Source: an uncultured delta proteobacterium (GTDB taxonomy: Bacteria; Desulfobacterota; Desulfobacteria; Desulfobacterales; QNYZ01). From it: DNA of 64,000 nt. Under the pieces are notes generated by a model. It had not been told where the DNA came from. It made no database searches and was given only the letters and a program-made list of their open reading frames with translations. The translations under genes were made by a program, and so were the position numbers. Location of the stretch: contig CAWJQU010000005.1 in assembly GCA_963845145.1 (NCBI GenBank), positions 960,001-1,024,000 of the forward strand. The letters run 5' to 3'. Below, one piece after another: positions 58,624 through 64,000 of this stretch; position 1 is the stretch's first letter; every line of letters starts with the position of its first letter.

Positions 58624-58988
58624 TAGCATAATCGGGTCGCCCTATCGGAGAGCTGGTCAAATAACGCCCCAAGCAACGTGAAAGCCTGTTTCGGATTTAG
58701 CCCGGTAGCCGGTTTTTTGGCAATGACAACAATGTCCAAAGGGATGTCCAGGCGATGCCGCCGGTGTCGAAAAAACTCTCTCACCATTCGTTTTAACCGG
58801 TTACGCATCACCGCGTTGCCTACTTTTTTAGTGACGATAATCCCGAGCCTTGGTCTTTCTACGTCGTTTAAAACATAGCGGATGATAAAATGTCCATCAT
58901 GAATCTGTTTTCCGTCTCGCGATACTCGAAGAAACTCCTTTCGCTTAAGCAGTCTGTTGGCCTTTTTAAATGGATATCCGCTCAACAA
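58623..58988 (-). CDS. rnpA: Ribonuclease P protein component
   Basis: [21 protein letters not shown] (RNR motif). Confidence 0.95.
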   Translation of the reverse strand: MLSGYPFKKANRLLKRKEFLRVSRDGKQIHDGHFIIRYVLNDVERPRLGIIVTKKVGNAVMRNRLKRMVREFFRHRRHRLDIPLDIVVIAKKPATGLNPKQAFTLLGALFDQLSDRATRLC

Positions 58989-59034
58989 AATGATTATTTT
59001 TTATCAACTGTTTGACGTACAATAGTTTAGGCCG

Positions 59035-59169
59035 TTATAGCGCCAGGCGTTTGCGCCCTTTGGCTCGACGGCGATTAATGACCCTACGGCCGTTTTTAGT
59101 CGACATGCGTTTTAAAAACCCGTGTTTGCGCGTCCTTTTGCGACGGCTAGGTTGATACGTCCTCTTCAT
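59035..59169 (-). CDS. rpmH: 50S ribosomal protein L34 (not in the ORF track)
   Basis: Manual translation [44 protein letters not shown]. Confidence 0.98.
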   Translation of the reverse strand: MKRTYQPSRRKRTRKHGFLKRMSTKNGRRVINRRRAKGRKRLAL

Positions 59170-59439
59170 TGTGATTTCCCCTATATCGAATTTTTTTTAT
59201 CAATATTCCAAACGGATACTAATAAACATAAGAGGGTATAGATGTCAAGATTCTATTGGGTTCATTTTTCGATATGTTTGTCTTATTATCGCCATAGACC
59301 GGGAGCTATAGATCGGGAACTTGACAAACAAGGCGTTACGACAGTATGAGTGTAACAATGTTTCGGGGTAAGCCCTTTTCAAACCCTATTCACTATTAAT
59401 TCACCATAGTAAGCTTTGCAGAACGACGAATCGGGAGCG

Positions 59440-60039
59440 ATGATCGAAAACTTGAATCCGCTAATACTTGAACGACTTGAAACGCCGGTAATGGATATTT
59501 TTTCCAATTCGGATTTCCATAAAGCCACCATGCGGGACGTTGCCAAAAGGGCCGGGCTCAGCTTCAGTACCATTTACGAATACTTTGGGAGCAAGGAGAA
59601 GCTGCTTTTTACATTTGTCGATATCTCCCTTGGCAAACTTACCAGCCGGATTATCGATCACCTTCAGGACATCGAGGGGCTTAAAGCGAAGATTCAAAAA
59701 GCGATCTGGTTGCAACTTGACTATTACGAACGCCATCCTGAATTGGGACGCATCCTTTTTATGACCGTACCCATGAAAACCTGGATGGCGGATGAAACCT
59801 TTGCCCAGCACAAAATGATCGGGTTGTTTATGGATACCCTGCGTCAGGGGCAGAGAGAGCAGATACTCAATTCAGAGCTACCGGCCGGGGTTCTCCTAGA
59901 TTTGATGATGGGGTTTGTCCAGCGATCATTTTTTATGTGGGTGGCGCGGGGGCAGACTTACAGTCTGGCAGCGGGGGCCGATGCCATGTTTAAAATGGTT
60001 TGGCGGGGTATTTCAAACCCCGAGGCAAATATAGAATGA
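59440..60039 (+). CDS. TetR/AcrR family regulator
   Basis: TMRDVAKRAGLSFSTIYEYFGSKEKL HTH. Start 59416 or 59440. Confidence 0.9.
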   Translation: MIENLNPLILERLETPVMDIFSNSDFHKATMRDVAKRAGLSFSTIYEYFGSKEKLLFTFVDISLGKLTSRIIDHLQDIEGLKAKIQKAIWLQLDYYERHPELGRILFMTVPMKTWMADETFAQHKMIGLFMDTLRQGQREQILNSELPAGVLLDLMMGFVQRSFFMWVARGQTYSLAAGADAMFKMVWRGISNPEANIE

Positions 60040-60098
60040 TTTTAAATAGTACTGCTGACAAGCACCCAACCTTAAAACCATCATTATAGGAGCATGCA

Positions 60099-60500
60099 AT
60101 GGAAATACTCAAAATCGATCATCTCGGTATTGCGGTAAACAGCATTGAAGAGGGCAAACGGTTTTGGTCCGATGTGCTGGGGTTGGCTTTTGAGGGGACA
60201 GAGACCGTGGCCGCTCAGAAAGTGACGACAGCTTTTTTCCCTGTCAGCGAAAGTGAGGTGGAGTTACTCGAATCCACTTCACCCGACGGACCGGTAGCCA
60301 AATATATCGAGAAACGAGGTCAGGGCATCCAGCATGTGGCCTTGCGGGTAAAGGATATTGAAGCGGCACTGGATGAGCTTAAGGAGAAAGGGATCCAGTT
60401 AATCGATGAAAAACCACGCAAAGGAGCGGGTGGTGCGCGGATTGCTTTTTTACACCCCAAGGCCACGGGCGGCGTGTTGGTGGAACTTTGCGAAAGATAA
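60099..60500 (+). CDS. mce: Methylmalonyl-CoA epimerase
   Basis: IDHLGIAV, VELLE, GIQHVA, AFLHPKATGGVLVEL; next to the mutase genes. Confidence 0.95.
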   Translation: MEILKIDHLGIAVNSIEEGKRFWSDVLGLAFEGTETVAAQKVTTAFFPVSESEVELLESTSPDGPVAKYIEKRGQGIQHVALRVKDIEAALDELKEKGIQLIDEKPRKGAGGARIAFLHPKATGGVLVELCER

Positions 60501-60533
60501 TCCAGCGATGATATTGATGGCGAGGAGAAGAAA

Positions 60534-62213
60534 ATGTCAAACGCAAATGAAAAAGAAACGATAAAAAAGGAACGCGAGGCTTGGGAACAAGGTACGTTAG
60601 GAAAGGCGCTTTCCCGGTTCGGTGAACGACAGCAGACTTTCACATCGATCTCCGGTACGCCGATTAAACGGCTTTATACACCCGAAGACCTACCCGATGG
60701 TGAATACGCCACCGATCTGGGATTTCCGGGCGATTACCCCTATACACGCGGCGTTCAACCCACCATGTACCGGGGTCGATTCTGGACCATGCGGCAATAT
60801 GCCGGTTTCGGCAGCGCCGCTGAGACCAATGCCCGCTATCGTTATCTGCTGGAAAAGGGGCAAACCGGTTTAAGTGTGGCCTTTGATCTGCCCACCCAGG
60901 CGGGGTACGATAGCGATCATGCCCTGTCCATGGGTGAAGTGGGGAAGGTGGGGGTGGCCATCGATTCCATCGATGACATGCGCGCCTTATTCGACCAGAT
61001 CCCTTTAGATAAGGTAACCACGTCGATGACGATCAATGCACCGGCAACTGTTTTGTTGGGGATGTACCTGGCCCTGGCTGAAGAACAGGGGGTTGGGTGG
61101 GACAAGGTTGGTGGCACCGTTCAAAACGATGTACTCAAGGAAATCATCTGCCGCGGGCAGTATATCTACCCACCAAAGCCAACCATGCGCCTGACCGTTG
61201 ATTTGATCCAATTTTGCCAGCAACAGGTTCCTAAGTGGAATACGATCAGTATCAGCGGCTATCATATTCGTGAAGCCGGTTCCACGGCCACCCAGGAAAT
61301 GGCCTTTACCCTGGCCGACGGAATCGCTTACGCTCAGGCTTGCGTGGACCGTGGAATGGATGTGGATCAATTTGCCGGGCGGCTGTCGTTTTTCTTCAAC
61401 TCTTTTACCAATGTATTGGAAGAAGCCGCCAAGTTCCGAGCGGGTCGCCGTTACTGGGCCAAGGTGATGAAAGAGCGCTTTGGCGCCAAGAATCCCCGAT
61501 CGATGATGCTGCGGTACCATGTCCAGACGGGTGGGGTTACCCTGACGGCCCAACAACCGCTGAACAATATCGTTCGCGTCGGTCTGCAGGCCTATGCCGC
61601 CGCCCTGGGTGGATGCCAATCACTGCACACGAATTCCTATGATGAGGCCCTCTGCCTTCCGACTGAAGAGGCTGTTACCGTGGCGCTTCGAACGCAACAG
61701 GTCGTGGCCGAAGAAAGCGGCGCTGCGGATACCATCGATCCTTTGGCCGGGTCATACTACGTTGAATCCCTGACCGACCAAATCGAATCGGAAATCGACG
61801 ATTATATTCAAAAAATAGATGCCAAGGGGGGTACCCTAAGGGCCATTGAAAACGGGTATATTCAAAGGGAAATCCAAGACAGCGCCTACCGCTTTCAAAA
61901 AGAGATCGAGTCCGGAGAGCGGACATATGTCGGGATCAACAAATACCAAATGGAGGAACCCCCACCGAAAAATCTCCTGAGAATCGATATGTCCGTAGGG
62001 GAAAAAGAAACCGCCAAGCTTAAAAAATTGCGCGCCGAACGGGAAAAAGAGCCCTGGCAAAACGCGCTGGAGCATTTGCGGAACATAACCGAGGCTGGTG
62101 ATAATGTGATGCCGGCCGTGATTGCCGCGGTCAAGGCCAAGGCCACGGTAGGCGAAATTTGTGATGTGTGGCGCGACATTTTTGGCGAGTATCGACCCAA
62201 GGAATTTGTGTGA
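60534..62213 (+). CDS. Methylmalonyl-CoA mutase, large (substrate-binding) subunit
   Basis: PGDYPYTRG, WTMRQYAGFG, QNDVLKE...R, ISISGYHIREAG, QSLHTNSYDEAL. Confidence 0.92.
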   Translation: MSNANEKETIKKEREAWEQGTLGKALSRFGERQQTFTSISGTPIKRLYTPEDLPDGEYATDLGFPGDYPYTRGVQPTMYRGRFWTMRQYAGFGSAAETNARYRYLLEKGQTGLSVAFDLPTQAGYDSDHALSMGEVGKVGVAIDSIDDMRALFDQIPLDKVTTSMTINAPATVLLGMYLALAEEQGVGWDKVGGTVQNDVLKEIICRGQYIYPPKPTMRLTVDLIQFCQQQVPKWNTISISGYHIREAGSTATQEMAFTLADGIAYAQACVDRGMDVDQFAGRLSFFFNSFTNVLEEAAKFRAGRRYWAKVMKERFGAKNPRSMMLRYHVQTGGVTLTAQQPLNNIVRVGLQAYAAALGGCQSLHTNSYDEALCLPTEEAVTVALRTQQVVAEESGAADTIDPLAGSYYVESLTDQIESEIDDYIQKIDAKGGTLRAIENGYIQREIQDSAYRFQKEIESGERTYVGINKYQMEEPPPKNLLRIDMSVGEKETAKLKKLRAEREKEPWQNALEHLRNITEAGDNVMPAVIAAVKAKATVGEICDVWRDIFGEYRPKEFV

Positions 62214-62424
62214 TCTGAAGCCGGCAGGCCTGCCAACCGGTCGGCCGGTGTACGAGATGAGCCTTCCGGCGATTGGCAACTCGTTTTTATTTACAAAATG
62301 GCGATGGGATGAACAGCCTATCGTTAATCAAAAAAAAAATAAATCATACGGCCAACACACCAACCAGCCCTCGGGCTGACCGGCTCACGGGCCAACTGGC
62401 CGACGGAACCAGGGGGGTATTATC

Positions 62425-62823
62425 ATGACCAAGAAGAAGATCAAAATCATCGTGGCCAAACCAGGATTGGATGGGCATGACCGGGGGGCAAAATTGCTCT
62501 GCCGAATTTTTGCCGAGGCAGGGATGGAAGTGGTTTATACCGGTTTACGCCAAACCCCGGAGATGATCGTTGAGGCAGCATTGCAGGAAGACGCCGACGT
62601 GGTGGGAATGAGCAGCTTGTCAGGTGTTCACAATTATTTTTTTCCCCGGGTGGTCAAACTGTTACATGAAAAAGAGCTTGAAGATGTGCTTATTCTGGGC
62701 GGGGGGATCATTCCGGATGAAGACATTCCCGAATTGAAGCAGTCCGGTGTGGCGGAAATTTTCGGGCCCGGTACGCGTACGGATCATATTGTGAAGTATA
62801 TTCAAGAGAACATCCTCGCGTAA
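62425..62823 (+). CDS. Methylmalonyl-CoA mutase, small cobalamin-binding subunit
   Basis: [10 protein letters not shown] (DxHxxG), SSLSG, GGGIIP, IFGPGT. Confidence 0.95.
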   Translation: MTKKKIKIIVAKPGLDGHDRGAKLLCRIFAEAGMEVVYTGLRQTPEMIVEAALQEDADVVGMSSLSGVHNYFFPRVVKLLHEKELEDVLILGGGIIPDEDIPELKQSGVAEIFGPGTRTDHIVKYIQENILA

Positions 62824-62881
62824 AATACGTTTGTTAAGAAAAAACGAATTTCTCGATCGTGATAAGGGGTACTGATTTTAA

Positions 62882-63850
62882 ATGAAAACCGTCGACGAGT
62901 GTATTGAACAACTACTGGCCGGTTCGGTCCGCGCTCTGGCACGGGTCATTACCTGGTTGGAAAATGATGATCCGAACGCTGTTTTGTGTTTGGAAAAACT
63001 CTACCCGCATGCGGGGAATGCCCTCGTATTGGGTCTGACAGGTTCGCCCGGCACAGGGAAAAGCTCGCTGACCGATCAGATTGCGCGCTACTATCGCAAG
63101 CGGGAAAAAACGGTGGGTATTGTGGCTATCGATCCATCCAGCCCTTTTACCGGGGGCGCCTTACTGGGCGATCGGGTACGGATGAATCAATTGGCCGGTG
63201 ATCCGGGTGTATTTATTCGCAGCATGGCCACGCGCGGGTTTTTGGGCGGGCTGGCCCAGGCGACAGACAATGTGATCACAGCTATGGATGCGGCGGGAAA
63301 AGATGTTATTATCGTTGAAACCGTAGGCGTCGGCCAGGACGAAATCGACATCATGCGTATCGCCGACACTATCTGCCTGGTATTGGCTCCGGGTCTGGGG
63401 GATATTATTCAGAGCATGAAGGCCGGGGTTATGGAAATCGCCGATGTCTATGTGATCAATAAAGCCGACCACGAAGGTGCCGACCAGCTGTATTCTGAAA
63501 TCAACAGCCGTATTATGCAGGACGCCAATATCAAATCGGACTATTGGATGCCTCCGGTGGTCAAGACCATTGCGACGGAAAGAAAGGGAATCGAAGAGCT
63601 GGTAGTGGCGATTGAGTCCCACCAACGGCAACTGAAAGATAGCGGTGATTTTTTAAAAATAAAACGTGAACGGATTCGGGAACAAACCTTTCAGATGATT
63701 CACCTTGCCCTTTTTCAGTTGTTAAAAGAACAAATGATTAAAAATGGCCGTATGGAAACCCTTGTGGATGCGATCATTGAAAAAAAAGAAAACCCGTATC
63801 GGGCTATGCAGGGAATCGTGAATGAGTTTATCCATATCCCCACCCGGTAG
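62882..63850 (+). CDS. meaB: Mutase-associated GTPase MeaB/ArgK
   Basis: GSPGTGKS, DPSSPFTGGALLGDRVRM, ETVGVGQ, NKAD. Confidence 0.95.
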   Translation: MKTVDECIEQLLAGSVRALARVITWLENDDPNAVLCLEKLYPHAGNALVLGLTGSPGTGKSSLTDQIARYYRKREKTVGIVAIDPSSPFTGGALLGDRVRMNQLAGDPGVFIRSMATRGFLGGLAQATDNVITAMDAAGKDVIIVETVGVGQDEIDIMRIADTICLVLAPGLGDIIQSMKAGVMEIADVYVINKADHEGADQLYSEINSRIMQDANIKSDYWMPPVVKTIATERKGIEELVVAIESHQRQLKDSGDFLKIKRERIREQTFQMIHLALFQLLKEQMIKNGRMETLVDAIIEKKENPYRAMQGIVNEFIHIPTR

Positions 63851-64000
63851 GCGGTACTTTTTGGATTTTACTTGACAAAGTCAAGACGGTTTATAAAAGT
63901 GATTTTTTCGACCCTCGGTAGTTCTGGGGTGCACATGCTTGCCATCCGTCAACAACGATCAATCCGATCAAGATGAATGATATGACTGAAAGGAAATAAA

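Noticed and set aside
59170..59415. oriC upstream of rpmH
   Set aside because: No dnaA and no convincing DnaA-box cluster; only weak partial matches.
59170..60533. Cobalamin riboswitch ahead of the mutase genes
   Set aside because: The spacers are short and no B12-box pattern was recognisable by eye.
1..64000. CRISPR array, rRNA/tRNA genes, transposases, integrases or prophage
   Set aside because: No regularly spaced repeats, RNA-gene signatures or recombinase/phage motifs were recognised by eye; a tRNAscan/Rfam run would be needed to exclude small RNAs.

Overview
A 64-kb, gene-dense stretch of bacterial chromosome. Gene content suggests an anaerobic deltaproteobacterium (Desulfobacterales-like; this is an inference). 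It lies close to the replication origin: it has the rpmH-rnpA-yidD-yidC-jag-mnmE block and two perfect parS palindromes, although dnaA and mnmG-parAB are not next to that block. Other loci: a SulP/two-component cluster; a LuxR-type regulator before a Liv-type ABC operon with an embedded acyl-CoA ligase; DNA-repair genes (nth, tag); an EB_dh-type heme protein paired with a histidine kinase; a flavoprotein catabolic island with an XRE-DctP fusion regulator and two matching operator candidates; a nucleoside-type ABC transporter; oadG/oadB; and a methylmalonyl-CoA mutase locus. The most notable system is a sigma54-driven cluster: TusA-like, PocR, HdrA/QmoA-like, degenerate HdrA-MvhD/QmoB-like, a soluble HdrD/DsrK-type Fe-S protein, and a tautomerase. 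The ORF track splits the Fe-S gene at an in-frame UGA. That UGA occupies the Cys position of the ECGHA motif and is followed by a SECIS-like hairpin, so the gene most likely encodes one 425-aa selenoprotein. Also seen: jag broken by two frameshifts, a ~170-bp MITE/REP-like hairpin element, an unannotated 48-aa ORF, and rpmH, which the ORF track missed. No rRNA, tRNA, CRISPR array, transposase or prophage was recognised. All calls come from motif reading; no database searches were run.
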